Positions 10,214 through 20,754 of a stretch of DNA of 64,000 bases are shown here, piece after piece. Every line of letters starts with the position of its first letter. Within the stretch, counting starts at the first letter, position 1. Source of the DNA: Sedimenticola sp. (GTDB lineage Bacteria > Pseudomonadota > Gammaproteobacteria > Chromatiales > Chromatiaceae); contig PKUO01000042.1 in assembly GCA_002869585.1 (NCBI GenBank), forward strand, positions 1,261 through 65,260, in the 5' to 3' direction. The notes beneath the pieces were generated by a model, which was given only the letters and a program-made list of their open reading frames with translations, had not been told where the DNA came from and did no database searches. The position numbers and the translations under genes are program-made.

Positions 10214-11362
10214 ATGCAAAAAACACTCACCCGTGTATCCATCGCGCTTGCGCTAGGCATGATTGGTTCGCAAGCATCCGCCACCAACGGCGACCAGATG
10301 CTGGGCGTTACTGCCATGCAGTGGGGCATGGCCGGCGCCTATACCGCGGCCCCCCAGGATGCCGCCACGGTATTGACCAATCCGGCCGGACTGGCCGATC
10401 TGTCCATGCAGGAGTTCCGCTCCGATTTCGGCTTCGGCTTTCTGAACCCGCCACGCAAGGTCAACGGTCAGGATAGCGACTCAGACCTCTATCTGATCCC
10501 CTCCGGCGCTCTCGCCTACCGCGCCAACGATCGGCTCACACTGGGCATGGGCATGGCCGGTCTCTCCGGCATGGGTGTGGATTTTCCTGACAGCGCCCCT
10601 GGCCTTGCCGGCAATCAGGCGATCGTCACCACCAAACAGTTCTTCAAGATCGCCCCTGGCTTTGGCTACAAGCTGAACGATAAGCTCTCTCTGGGCGCTG
10701 CGCTGAACATCGATTATCAGAGTCTGGCCCTCTACAACCCGATGTTTCAGCTGCCCCAGAACCAGGTCTATGGATTTGGCGCAACCTTTGGCCTGACCTT
10801 CAAACCCAGCGAACGCCTCTCGGTCGGGGCCTCCTACACCACCAAGCAGCAGATGGATGAGTTCAAGTGGAACACCCTGAACGGCACCTATGGTATGACC
10901 ATGGATGGCCCATCGATCCTGAGCCTGGGCGTCGCCATCAAACCAATGCCGGGATTGCTGGTTGAGGCCGATGTCAAACACATCGGCTTCAGTGATGTCC
11001 TCGATAGCATCGATTTCAAAACCCCGGCAGGCACCAGCAAGATGAAGTTCGGCTGGGACGACCAGACGGTATTTGCCATCGGCGTGCAGAAGCAGATCAA
11101 CCCCAAGACAACGGTTCGCATCGGCTATAACTACGGCGAGTCTCCGATCGGACCGGAGGATGTGGATAGCAATATCGGCTCACTGGCCATTACCGAGCAG
11201 CACCTGACTTTGGGCCTGACCCGTCAATTCGGCGATCGCCTGTTCACATCGCTCTCCTATGCCCACGCCTTCCACAACGAGGTCACTTCCAACAGCGGCA
11301 GTGGCAACACGATCGAGCTGGAACAGAACGTGGTCAACCTGCAGATGTCCTACCGTTTCTAA
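10214..11362 (+). CDS. outer-membrane channel, FadL/TodX (OmpP1) family
   Basis: Signal peptide MQKTLTRVSIALALGMIGSQASA, alternating beta-strand pattern and terminal ..QMSYRF. GGAGGA RBS before ATG 10214. Confidence 0.75.
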   Translation: MQKTLTRVSIALALGMIGSQASATNGDQMLGVTAMQWGMAGAYTAAPQDAATVLTNPAGLADLSMQEFRSDFGFGFLNPPRKVNGQDSDSDLYLIPSGALAYRANDRLTLGMGMAGLSGMGVDFPDSAPGLAGNQAIVTTKQFFKIAPGFGYKLNDKLSLGAALNIDYQSLALYNPMFQLPQNQVYGFGATFGLTFKPSERLSVGASYTTKQQMDEFKWNTLNGTYGMTMDGPSILSLGVAIKPMPGLLVEADVKHIGFSDVLDSIDFKTPAGTSKMKFGWDDQTVFAIGVQKQINPKTTVRIGYNYGESPIGPEDVDSNIGSLAITEQHLTLGLTRQFGDRLFTSLSYAHAFHNEVTSNSGSGNTIELEQNVVNLQMSYRF

Positions 11363-11390
11363 CGGCGACAACCGATAAGAGGAGAACGAG

Positions 11391-11594
11391 ATGACTGTAG
11401 ATCGCATCGTGCATCTGGTAGCCGGACTGATGGTGCTGCTGAGCATCGCCCTGGCACACTATGTCCACCCCTACTGGATTGGACTGGGCGTGTTTGTCGG
11501 TCTGAACCTGGCGCAAAGCGGCCTCACCAACTTCTGCCCGCTGGCGAGCATCCTGAAAAAACTGGGTGTGCCGGATGGCAGTTGTTGTTCCTGA
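11391..11594 (+). CDS. DUF2892 (YgaP-like) small membrane protein
   Basis: 67 aa with two TM segments and the motif GLNLAQSGLTNFCPL typical of DUF2892. RBS AAGAGGAG. Confidence 0.7.
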   Translation: MTVDRIVHLVAGLMVLLSIALAHYVHPYWIGLGVFVGLNLAQSGLTNFCPLASILKKLGVPDGSCCS

Positions 11595-11654
11595 CTCAAC
11601 CCCCTCCGTTGAGAAAAAAGCTAGAAGAAGTTAGCAGTAGTCATTGGTGAGTTT

Positions 11655-11687
11655 GAGCAGCGACACCCCGTCGCTGCTCATTTTTTT
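11655..11687 (+). terminator. rho-independent terminator
   Basis: GAGCAGCGAC-ACCCC-GTCGCTGCTC followed by TTTTTTT. Confidence 0.75.
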
Positions 11688-11723
11688 CGTCGCTCTCTCA
11701 ACCCAGCGCCCCGGTAAAACAGG

Positions 11724-13010
11724 CTAACGGCGTTCCATCAGCAGATAATCAGTGCTGTTATTGCCGGTATAGACCTGGCGTGGCCGGGCAATCATGCCAC
11801 CGGCCTCCTGGTTCTGCTCCCACCAGTGGGCAATCCAGCCTGGCAGCCGTCCGATGGCAAACATCACGGTAAACATGCTGGTCGGTATACCGATCGCACG
11901 CATGATGATGCCGCTGTAGAAATCGACATTGGGATAGAGTTTGCGCTCAACAAAATAGGGATCTTCCAGGGCGATCTCTTCCAGTTTGCGGGCGATATTC
12001 AGCAACGGGTCATTCTTGCCGCGATCACGCAGCAGGCGCTCAGCCACCTTGGCCAGCATCTTGGCGCGCGGGTCGAAGTTCTTGTAGACACGATGCCCAA
12101 AACCCATCAACCGAACCTTGCTCTCCTTGTCCTTGGCCATCGCCACGTACTCTTCGGGGGTGATCTGGCCTGCATGGATCTGCTCGAGCATGTGCAGGAC
12201 TTCGACATTGGCGCCGCCATGCCGCGGTCCCCACAGGGCGCAGACCCCGGCAGCACAGGAGGCAAACAGATTCGCCTGGCTCGAACCAACCATGCGCACC
12301 GTCGATGTCGAACAGTTCTGCTCGTGATCGGCATGCAGGATCAGCAACAGATTGACCGCATCGCGGACATCCTCGTCGCAGTAGTAGGGCTCATAGGGCT
12401 GGGAAAACATCATGTGAAGAAAATTCGGCACATAACGCAGGTTTGGGTCCGGATAGATATATGGCTTGCCAAGGGAGTGCCGGTAGGCATAGGCGGCGAT
12501 AGTGCGGATCTTACTGATCAGCCGGGCCGCGGCGCGGCGAAACTGGGTCTTGTCCTCCAGCTCCATCAACTCCGGATGAAAACAGGAAAGGCCATTGATC
12601 ATCGCCGACAGGATCGCCATCGGTGGTGCGCTGCGCGGGAATCCCTGGAAGATATGCTTCATGCTCTCATCCAGGTTCGCATGGGCATTCAGGTCATGGG
12701 CAAACTCGGTATATTCGCGCATCGTCGGCAGACGCCCGAAAATCAGCAGCCAGGAGACCTCGACAAAGTTGGGATGGGCGGCAAACTGCTCGATCGGTAT
12801 GCCCCGATAGTGCAGCAGCCCCTTCTCGCCGTCGATAAAGGTAATGGCACTTTCACAGCTGGCGGTATTGGCATACCCCGGATCCAGGGTGACATAGCCG
12901 GTGTTGTTGCGCAGCGTCTGAATATCGACTGCACGTTCACCCTCAGTACCAACGACCAGTGGCAGTTGATGCTCCTTGCCATCCAGTATCAGAGTGGCAG
13001 TATCGGTCAT
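11724..13010 (-). CDS. gltA: citrate synthase (type II)
   Basis: 428 aa with the conserved citrate synthase core (GPRHGGANVEVL, MGFGHRVYKNFDPR). Confidence 0.95.
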   Translation of the reverse strand: MTDTATLILDGKEHQLPLVVGTEGERAVDIQTLRNNTGYVTLDPGYANTASCESAITFIDGEKGLLHYRGIPIEQFAAHPNFVEVSWLLIFGRLPTMREYTEFAHDLNAHANLDESMKHIFQGFPRSAPPMAILSAMINGLSCFHPELMELEDKTQFRRAAARLISKIRTIAAYAYRHSLGKPYIYPDPNLRYVPNFLHMMFSQPYEPYYCDEDVRDAVNLLLILHADHEQNCSTSTVRMVGSSQANLFASCAAGVCALWGPRHGGANVEVLHMLEQIHAGQITPEEYVAMAKDKESKVRLMGFGHRVYKNFDPRAKMLAKVAERLLRDRGKNDPLLNIARKLEEIALEDPYFVERKLYPNVDFYSGIIMRAIGIPTSMFTVMFAIGRLPGWIAHWWEQNQEAGGMIARPRQVYTGNNSTDYLLMERR

Positions 13011-13044
13011 TCTCTAGTCTCCGAATAAATAACAGTTAGATAGA

Positions 13045-14523
13045 TCAGCGGCCACGTTGTTCCAGGCGCCGGACAAACTCTTCAATAATTCGCTGGTAAA
13101 GCCCTTCCCCGAGCACTGCATCCTCGACGCCGGCATCAAGATTGGGATTGTCATTCACCTCGATCACAATCAGTCCCTTGGTGGTCTGTTTTATATCGAC
13201 GCCATACAGACCATTACCCATTAACCGCGCGGCGCGTTTCGCCAGACTGACCACCTCCTCAGGCACCTGGTCCAGGGGCAGTGTCGAGTGGCGACCGGCA
13301 GTGGGACGCTTTCCGGCATGATTGACAATCTGCCAGTGGCCTGGCGCCATGCCATACTGGCAGACGAACAGCAATTCATCGTTGAGAATGCCCACCCGCC
13401 AGTCGAACTCGGTGGGAGCAAACTCCTGGGCCAGCACCAGCTCTGTATCACGAAACAGCCGCTGTATCTCCCTGACCAGCGAGGCGCGATTCTCCACCTT
13501 GATCACACCCCGGGAGAACGAACCGTCGGGAATTTTCAGCACCATGGGAAAACCCAGTTCATCGATCAGCCGATCGACGGCGTCGCGCTGCACGGTCAGG
13601 GTCTTGGGGGCAGGCAGACGCAACTGGGTCAAACGCTCGGCCAGATAGATCTTGTTGGTGCAGCGCAGGATGGAATCGGGATCATCGATCACCACCAGCC
13701 CTTCGCGCTGGGCCTTGCGTGCGAAGCGATAGGTGTAGTCGCTGACCGAGGTGGTTTCGCGTATGAACAGCGCATCGAACTCGGCGATACGCCCATAGTC
13801 GCTCGCGGTGATCAGCTCCGCGGCAACCCCCTGCTCCCGTGCCGCCTTGATAAACAGCTGCAGCGCCTTGCGATTGGAGGGCGGCAGTTCCTCGTCCGGA
13901 TTATGCAGAATCGCCAGGTCATAGCGCGCCTCGCGCTTTGAGCGCGGCTGATACCAGCGCCTGTTCAGGTGATGCTTGAGTCCCTCGATAAAGCGGGACA
14001 GATCCTCCTCGCTCAGATCAGCAGGCGAAACGATATGCACCGAGGATATGCGCCAGATCGAGTCATACTCCAAGACCACATGCAACAGCGGGGCGGGAAA
14101 TGCCTCGTACAGGGCCCTGCTGATCGCCGCCAGTTCATCGACCGGCGCCTGGCCAAATACCAGGATCAACTCCAGACGGGTGCTTGCCAGCTTAGAACGG
14201 CGGCGGTTCAACAGCCGCTTCATGCGCCGGTTGAGGCTGTCCAGATCCACCGGATAGCTCTCGCTGCCGGCCAGGTCGTTGATCGTGCGTACACTCGGCA
14301 GTACCTTGTGTCCTCGCGCCTCGGCCAACAAAGAGCAATAGTAACCGACATCCAGGTAGTCCCGATCACGGCACAGATTGATGGCCCGCAGACCTTTACG
14401 GCTGGCCCATACCGGGTCAGTCAGATAGTCACGCGCGGCAACCGGGGAGATGGGGAAATCCTTGCCCAGTTTTTCCTGGGGCCATTCACTGGGGTCTTCA
14501 AGCAGAAGTATATGATCAGTCAC
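13045..14523 (-). CDS. RimK-family ATP-grasp ligase with N-terminal extension
   Basis: 492 aa. The C-terminal half has an ATP-grasp/RimK-like pattern ([34 protein letters not shown]). The GTG start overlaps the upstream stop (GTGA). Confidence 0.8.
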   Translation of the reverse strand: MTDHILLLEDPSEWPQEKLGKDFPISPVAARDYLTDPVWASRKGLRAINLCRDRDYLDVGYYCSLLAEARGHKVLPSVRTINDLAGSESYPVDLDSLNRRMKRLLNRRRSKLASTRLELILVFGQAPVDELAAISRALYEAFPAPLLHVVLEYDSIWRISSVHIVSPADLSEEDLSRFIEGLKHHLNRRWYQPRSKREARYDLAILHNPDEELPPSNRKALQLFIKAAREQGVAAELITASDYGRIAEFDALFIRETTSVSDYTYRFARKAQREGLVVIDDPDSILRCTNKIYLAERLTQLRLPAPKTLTVQRDAVDRLIDELGFPMVLKIPDGSFSRGVIKVENRASLVREIQRLFRDTELVLAQEFAPTEFDWRVGILNDELLFVCQYGMAPGHWQIVNHAGKRPTAGRHSTLPLDQVPEEVVSLAKRAARLMGNGLYGVDIKQTTKGLIVIEVNDNPNLDAGVEDAVLGEGLYQRIIEEFVRRLEQRGR

Positions 14524-15650
14524 TGTCCTGGCGCCTGTTTAATCAGCACGATGGCGCGCAGACCGCGTCTGCCATATCGTGCTATGTGATGGAATGTATC
14601 GATGCTGATCGGGATATTGATCGAGTCAATCTCGGTCTCGCCCAGTTCCACATCGACATAGGGATCGTTCAGATAAACGAAGTGGTCGTCAAAGCCGGAT
14701 ATCACCACCCAATGCGGCACCCGGCTCTCATAAATCTGCCAGGAGCTGATCAACGCGATCGGTATCGCCCCAGCATTGAAGTGCTCGCGCAGCTCATCCA
14801 CGTCCGGTGCCTGCTCGTGGATCGGTACCTTGAGTTCGGCCAGCTGCTCCTCCATATCCTCCTGGACCAGGGTCATCACCTCTTTCTTTTCATCGCTGCG
14901 AACCGAATCGATCAGGTGGATGCTGGTTTCCGAGACATAGACCGCCACATCGAAGCCGCGCCGCGCCGCGGCCAGCGCCAGACCGTACGGGCCGCAGCCG
15001 CCATGTCCCGCGGTCATGAAAATCGTGGTTGCCTCACGCCACAGACGCAGCTCCAGCTTGCGGCTCGGCACCAGGGTGGGATCGAGTGCCTGCATCGCCA
15101 TGATCAGGGCTGCAGGGCCGCAGGTAAACTCCAGGCTCTGGCGATAATAGGGGACGCGCACCGGCTGTGCGACGAAGTCCGGAGCCAGGGTTTTTTCATA
15201 GCGCCAGGCATCGGCATGATCCTCGTAGTAGTCGAGATACTGTCCGAAACGCCGGTAACCGAGGCCCTCGAACAGCTTGATCGATGCCGTGTTGTCCTTG
15301 CGCACTTCCAGACGAATCCAGGCGCGACCATGATCCCAGGCGTTGGTTTCCGCCGCCTCCACCAGGATTTGGCCCACCCCCATGCGGCGTGCCGCCTTGG
15401 ACACAGCAATCGAATAGAGACGCGCGGTGGAGGTGGCCCGGTTGAACAGCACCACCACATCTCCCAGCAACTGGCCATCCTGCTCGGCAATCAGAACAGC
15501 CGCATTGGCACGCGTCAGCAGGTGCAGAAACTGGCGTCGGCTGATCTGGTCTTCATCGAAGCTCTGCTGTTCAAGGGCTACCAGGGCAGACAGGTCAGAC
15601 TTGCTCGCCAGACGGCATTCGATCTGCCCCGGTTGTGTGGATATCAACAT
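14520..15650 (-). CDS. GNAT N-acetyltransferase fused to a C39-like cysteine peptidase domain
   Basis: GNAT motif ([20 protein letters not shown]) followed by a papain/C39-like region ([14 protein letters not shown]). Start set at ATG 15650; the ORF extends to 15767. Confidence 0.75.
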   Translation of the reverse strand: MLISTQPGQIECRLASKSDLSALVALEQQSFDEDQISRRQFLHLLTRANAAVLIAEQDGQLLGDVVVLFNRATSTARLYSIAVSKAARRMGVGQILVEAAETNAWDHGRAWIRLEVRKDNTASIKLFEGLGYRRFGQYLDYYEDHADAWRYEKTLAPDFVAQPVRVPYYRQSLEFTCGPAALIMAMQALDPTLVPSRKLELRLWREATTIFMTAGHGGCGPYGLALAAARRGFDVAVYVSETSIHLIDSVRSDEKKEVMTLVQEDMEEQLAELKVPIHEQAPDVDELREHFNAGAIPIALISSWQIYESRVPHWVVISGFDDHFVYLNDPYVDVELGETEIDSINIPISIDTFHHIARYGRRGLRAIVLIKQAPGQ

Positions 15651-16058
15651 ATCGCCTGCACTCAATCTACGGACAGCAAAAAGATAATGTGTGAATCCCT
15701 GAACATGTCGATTCACCACTGATAATGATAGCGTGTAAATCCTGGATTGGTCCGTAAAAACGGCCATCGCAGCTCCCTACACAGCAGATTTCAGATAAAG
15801 AACGGCGCATTGATCAGGCAATCATCCAAATAGGTATTCCGACAGCGCTAGATACGCCGAAAGCACCGCACTGAATAGCGATATATTCTAATCGTCGCAA
15901 CAAAAAATGGTGGTTAAACACCGGCACCCCGCGGCGGGGGAAACCGCCTAATCCCCAGTGATCCTAAAGGTATTGTTAAATCGGCCGCAACCCTCCCTAC
16001 ACCAACAATAAAAACGCATTGAACAGGATCACCTGTACATTTGTGGAGGCATCGAAGA

Positions 16059-18440
16059 ATGGGTAAAGTTTTCCAGTCACTGAAAATCAGCCAGAAGATC
16101 TGGGCGGGATTCATCGCGATCCTGATCATTCTTGCCGCCATCTCCGGCGAAACCATGTGGAGCCTGGCCAAGGTCAAGAGCGTTATCGGCGCCCTGGTCA
16201 AGGAGAATCAGCCGACCGTGCTGATCTCCAAAAACCTGGAGACCAGCCTGCATGCGTCGGCAAATGCGCTGGGATTTTTTCTTTCCACAGAAGAGGAGAT
16301 CCATAAAACCAATTACCTCGACAGCATCCGGGAGGCAGAAACCCTGCTGGGCGATCTGAACCAGCGTGAGTCGATTCAATCCGCCCCGCAATCGGCTGAA
16401 TTGACCCAGGGCCTGGCTACTGACCTTGCCACATACAAGGCCCTGGGAGATCGCCTGATTCAGACCGCCACGGACAACGAGACCAATTTCCCCGGCATCG
16501 CCTTCGCCAACAGAGAGATCAATCCGCTCAGCCGTGAGTTGGCCCAGCTCACCTCACAGATGATCATCTCAGAGCAGGAGGAGGAGGCAAACGATGACAG
16601 AAAACGCCTGCTGACCCTGGTTGCCGATTTGCGCTATTACGGCAGCAACATCATGAACGGTATCCGTGGTTATCTCGCCTTCCGCTCCAAGGAGGCGCTC
16701 GCAGACCTGCATCTCTATTTCGACCAGCAGGACCGGCTGCTGGAAAAGCTGGCGGAGTATGAGGATATCCTGACCTTCGACCAGGAAGACTCGCTGATGC
16801 GCTTCAAGGAGAAGGTCGTCGCTTACCGTGCAAACATCAAGACAATGGAACAGATTCACGGCAGCGAGCAGTGGCGCACCGATGCCTGGCTGGTGCGCAG
16901 TGAGCTTACCCCGCTATTCGAAAGCATGGACAGCAAGCTTGGAACCCTGGTGACCATCCAGGAGCAGGCTATCGAACAGACCAGCGGCGATCTGGTCAGC
17001 ACCGCACAAGGCACCTCCAAGCTGGTGACGATCTTCCTGGTCGCCGGATTGCTGCTAGGCGCGCTGTTTGCCTGGCTGATCACACGCTCAGTCAACCGCC
17101 CGCTGACCCATATTGTGCAAGCCATGAATGATATCGCCGAGGGTGAAGGCGATCTGACCAAACGTCTGGAAATCAGGAGCAACGACGAGATCGGCCAGGT
17201 GGCACAGGCGTTCAACACCTTCATCAAGAAGATCCAGGAACTGGTGCGTCACACCGCCGACTCCACCGGCGAGGTGATCAGCGCCGTGGCCCAGACCACC
17301 GAAAGCGCCAACAAAATCACCCGCAAATCGGCACAACAGGCGCTGGAAACGGAACAGATCGTGCAGGCCGTATCCGATCTGACCGCGACCATCACCGAGG
17401 TGGCCAATAATGCCTTCAGCGCTGAAGATGCCACCAAGAGCGCGACCGCCGAGGCGCAGATCGGACACAAAACCGTGGCCGAGACCGCCGCGGCCATCCA
17501 GCAACTCAGCAACGATGTGCGCCATGCGGCGACGATTATCGTCCGTGTGGAGAAGAGCAGCGAGGAGATCGGCAGCGTACTCGACGTGATCAAGGCGATT
17601 GCCGAACAGACCAACCTGCTGGCCCTGAATGCGGCCATCGAGGCCGCCCGCGCCGGCGAACAGGGACGGGGGTTTGCCGTGGTCGCCGACGAGGTGCGCG
17701 GCCTGGCCACCCGCACTCAGGAATCCACCGGTGAGATCGAACAGATGATACGCCGGCTGCAGGGGGATACCCGCGAAGCGGTGCAGGCGATGGAGACGGG
17801 CAGCAGCCTGGCCCAGGAGAACGTCGAACAATCCACCCGCGCCAAGGCCTCGCTGGAGGCGATCAGCCGCTCAATCGAAACCATCAGCGCGATGAACTCC
17901 CAGATCGCCAGCGCGTCCGAACACCAGCGCAGCGTGGCCGATGGGATCAACGTCAACATCAACTCCATCAACCAGGGCAGTATCGATGTCGCTGCCTACT
18001 CCCGCGATACGGAAAGTGTCACCGAACACCTGGGCAAGCTCGCCTCGGACCTGCAGCAGGTAGTCTGCCAGTTCAAGCTCGCGGCAGACCAGGCCTTCGA
18101 TTTCCAGACCGCCAAGCAGGCGCATATCGCCTGGAAGGCGCGCCTGCGGGGATTCCTCGATGGCCGTCAGTCACTCAGCGACAAAGAGGCGGTCTCCCAT
18201 CACGACTGCATCCTCGGCAAGTGGTACTACTCCGAGGGCATGAAAAAATACGGTGGAATCGCCGAGATGCGCGAACTGGAGCCACCACACGAGCAGTTGC
18301 ATCAGATCATCAAGACCATCGTCGCCCTGAAAAAGGCCGGCAAGCTGGAACAGGCCGAACAGGAATACACCAAGATTGAGCCTCTGTCCCTGAAGATCAT
18401 CGGCCTGCTGAGCCGGGTGGAAAAACATGTCAAGTACTGA
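16059..18440 (+). CDS. methyl-accepting chemotaxis protein with large periplasmic sensor, HAMP and C-terminal CZB zinc-binding domain
   Basis: MA signalling hairpin ([34 protein letters not shown]). The C-terminal motif HIAW..x24..CILGKW..x21..HEQLH matches the CZB consensus. Confidence 0.9.
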   Translation: MGKVFQSLKISQKIWAGFIAILIILAAISGETMWSLAKVKSVIGALVKENQPTVLISKNLETSLHASANALGFFLSTEEEIHKTNYLDSIREAETLLGDLNQRESIQSAPQSAELTQGLATDLATYKALGDRLIQTATDNETNFPGIAFANREINPLSRELAQLTSQMIISEQEEEANDDRKRLLTLVADLRYYGSNIMNGIRGYLAFRSKEALADLHLYFDQQDRLLEKLAEYEDILTFDQEDSLMRFKEKVVAYRANIKTMEQIHGSEQWRTDAWLVRSELTPLFESMDSKLGTLVTIQEQAIEQTSGDLVSTAQGTSKLVTIFLVAGLLLGALFAWLITRSVNRPLTHIVQAMNDIAEGEGDLTKRLEIRSNDEIGQVAQAFNTFIKKIQELVRHTADSTGEVISAVAQTTESANKITRKSAQQALETEQIVQAVSDLTATITEVANNAFSAEDATKSATAEAQIGHKTVAETAAAIQQLSNDVRHAATIIVRVEKSSEEIGSVLDVIKAIAEQTNLLALNAAIEAARAGEQGRGFAVVADEVRGLATRTQESTGEIEQMIRRLQGDTREAVQAMETGSSLAQENVEQSTRAKASLEAISRSIETISAMNSQIASASEHQRSVADGINVNINSINQGSIDVAAYSRDTESVTEHLGKLASDLQQVVCQFKLAADQAFDFQTAKQAHIAWKARLRGFLDGRQSLSDKEAVSHHDCILGKWYYSEGMKKYGGIAEMRELEPPHEQLHQIIKTIVALKKAGKLEQAEQEYTKIEPLSLKIIGLLSRVEKHVKY

Positions 18441-18545
18441 TCAGTATCCGTCAGATCCCTGGCAATCCGGGGGTCTGCGCTTGCGCAGCGGCCTGAAAGC
18501 CTGTCATCATTCGCAGACTTTTCTGTCGCCACCGCTACCACCCTT

Positions 18546-19397
18546 ATGACAACCCTGTTTGTAAACGCCCTTACCGTCATTGACGCCTCCTATCTCCACC
18601 CGGTCCGTGGGCTGCTGGGGGCAAGCTGGCTGGTTGATATCGAACTGGACGGCACTCTCGATCATCAGGGGATGGTGCTCGATTTCAGCAGCGTGAAAAA
18701 GCAGGTGAAGCGCATCATCGACGAGAGCTTCGACCACAAACTGCTGCTGCCCGGCCAGTATCCCGGGCTGAATCTCGAACAGCAGGAGCACCGCTGTGAT
18801 CTCAGCTTCACCACAGAATCCGGAGAGACCTTCCGCCACAGTTCGCCGCTGAGCGCGGTCACCCTGATCGATAGCGGTGAAATTACCGGTGAGGCCCTCT
18901 CGGCCGCAATCATCCGGGAGGTGAAGCCTGCCCTGCCGGACAATGTGCAGGCGATTCGCCTTACCCTGCGTGACGAACAGATCGAGGGATCCCATTACCA
19001 GTACAGCCACGGGCTGAAGCACCATGACGGCAACTGCCAGCGCATCGCCCACGGCCACCGCTCGCGGATAGAGGTCTATCGGGATGGCGTCAGAAATCCA
19101 CAGCTTGAAACCAACTGGGCCGAGCGCTGGAGAGATATCTACATCGGCACCCGCACCGACCTGTTGGACAGCTTTGAGCAAGCGGGCATTCTCTATCACC
19201 GCTTTGGCTATACCGCCAACCAGGGGCTGTTTCAGCTCGAACTGCAGGCCGCGCGCGTCTATCTGATCGACACCGACTCCACCGTGGAGAACCTGGCGCA
19301 GCATATTGCCGACACCCTGAAAACGGAGCAGCCAACAGCCTCATTCCGGGTGCGTGCTTACGAGGGTGTCGACAAAGGGGCGATCGGCACCGCCTGA
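18546..19397 (+). CDS. 6-pyruvoyl-tetrahydropterin synthase / QueD-family protein (tandem-domain, 283 aa)
   Basis: PTPS-like segments (GMVLDFSSVKK; CQRIAHGHRSRIEV with Cys and HGH). About twice the length of QueD. Confidence 0.55.
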   Translation: MTTLFVNALTVIDASYLHPVRGLLGASWLVDIELDGTLDHQGMVLDFSSVKKQVKRIIDESFDHKLLLPGQYPGLNLEQQEHRCDLSFTTESGETFRHSSPLSAVTLIDSGEITGEALSAAIIREVKPALPDNVQAIRLTLRDEQIEGSHYQYSHGLKHHDGNCQRIAHGHRSRIEVYRDGVRNPQLETNWAERWRDIYIGTRTDLLDSFEQAGILYHRFGYTANQGLFQLELQAARVYLIDTDSTVENLAQHIADTLKTEQPTASFRVRAYEGVDKGAIGTA

Positions 19398-19415
19398 CCG
19401 CCTGCTGTCAACGCA

Positions 19416-20753
19416 TTAGCGATCGAAGGTCAGACGTACGCCCCGGGTCGACTCGTTGATACGGCCGTTGTAGTAGGCGAACTGGCCGTTCACCAGGGTG
19501 GCCACGATCCGTGAGCGCAGGCGCTCGCCCTCCAGCGGCGACCAGCCGCACTTGTAGAGCACATCACTGCGTTCGACCCGATAGGGACTGTCCAGATCGA
19601 CCAGGGTCAGATCCGCCCAGTAACCCTCGCGCAGGTAGCCGCGCTGCTGCACATTAAACAGGCGCGCCGGGGAGTGGCACACCTTCTCCACCACCTGCTC
19701 CAGGCTCAGCTGATGGTTGTGATAGAGCTCGAGCACCATCGGCAGCGCCCACTGCACCAGCGGCAGGCCGGCGGGCGCCTTGAAGTAACTACTCAGCTTC
19801 TCGTCCAGGGTATGCGGCGCATGATCGGTGCCGATCACATCGATACGGTTCTCGGTCAGCGCCTGGATGATCGCCAGTTTATCCTTCTCGCCCTTGATCG
19901 CCGGGTTGCATTTGATGAAGGTATCCTTCAGCTCATAGGCGCTCTCGTCGAAATAGAGATGATGCACGCAGGCCTCTGCAGTAATGCGCTTTTCATCCAG
20001 CGGCCTGGGCTCAAACAGGCTCAACTCCTTGGCCGTGGTGATATGCAGCACATGCAGCCGGGTACCGTGTTTTTTCGCCAGCCCGACCGCCATCGATGAG
20101 GAGAGATAGCAGGCCTCCTCGCTGCGGATCAGGGGGTGAAAACGAATCGGGATATCCTCGCCGTACTGCTCGCGGTAGTTCGCCTCGTTCCGCTCGATGG
20201 TCGGCGTATCTTCGCAGTGCGTGGCAAGCAGCACCGGCGCATCGCGAAAAATCGCCTCCAGCGCCTCCGCGTTATTGACCAGCATATTGCCGGTGGAGGC
20301 GCCCATGAACACCTTGATGCCACAAGTCTGCTGGGGCTTCAGCGCACGAATCTGGTCAATGTTGTCATTGGTCGCACCCAGGTAGAAGCTGTAGTTGGCC
20401 AGTGAGCGTTGCTGCGCCAGGGTGTACTTATCCTCCAGGGCCTCTATGGTGACGGTCTGGGGATTGGTGTTCGGCATGTCCATGAAACTGGTAATGCCGC
20501 CGGCCACCGCCGCGCGCGACTCGCTGTGCAGATCCGCCTTGTGGGTTGCGCCCGGCTCGCGAAAATGCACCTGGTCATCGATCATACCGGGCATCAGCAG
20601 CCGGCCCTCGGCATCCAGGACCTTGCAGTTGGCCGAGGCGCCGATCTCGGCGTCAATGCGGGCAATGCGGCCATCACTGACCAGCAGATCGCCCTCCTGG
20701 CGCTGCCCATCGTTGATCATCACTGCGTTCTTAATCAGAATATCGTTGGCCAT
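19416..20753 (-). CDS. pyrC: dihydroorotase (amidohydrolase superfamily, ~445 aa class)
   Basis: MPGMIDDQVHFREPG, GITSFMDMPNTNP and VIGTDHAPH motifs. Start set at ATG 20753 (MANDILIKN). Confidence 0.8.
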   Translation of the reverse strand: MANDILIKNAVMINDGQRQEGDLLVSDGRIARIDAEIGASANCKVLDAEGRLLMPGMIDDQVHFREPGATHKADLHSESRAAVAGGITSFMDMPNTNPQTVTIEALEDKYTLAQQRSLANYSFYLGATNDNIDQIRALKPQQTCGIKVFMGASTGNMLVNNAEALEAIFRDAPVLLATHCEDTPTIERNEANYREQYGEDIPIRFHPLIRSEEACYLSSSMAVGLAKKHGTRLHVLHITTAKELSLFEPRPLDEKRITAEACVHHLYFDESAYELKDTFIKCNPAIKGEKDKLAIIQALTENRIDVIGTDHAPHTLDEKLSSYFKAPAGLPLVQWALPMVLELYHNHQLSLEQVVEKVCHSPARLFNVQQRGYLREGYWADLTLVDLDSPYRVERSDVLYKCGWSPLEGERLRSRIVATLVNGQFAYYNGRINESTRGVRLTFDR

Positions 20754-20754
20754 A

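Noticed and set aside
11826-13028. 400-aa ORF on the plus strand covering the whole of gltA
   Set aside because: It is antisense to an unmistakable citrate synthase and has an Arg/Gly/His-rich, non-protein-like composition. This is a typical GC-rich antisense artefact.
14586-15722. 378-aa plus-strand ORF. The same applies to 13288..13941, 20941..21723, 22829..23602, 31368..32477, 45741..46541 and 51007..51951
   Set aside because: All lie opposite well-supported coding genes and look like frame-shadow ORFs of GC-rich DNA.
20565-20579. pyrC has DDQVH where many dihydroorotases have D-x-H-x-H, suggesting an inactive PyrC-prime
   Set aside because: I recall the DDQVHFREPG string as a conserved feature of a whole ~445-aa dihydroorotase subfamily. 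The other metal and catalytic motifs look intact and there is no adjacent pyrB. I cannot support inactivity from sequence alone.
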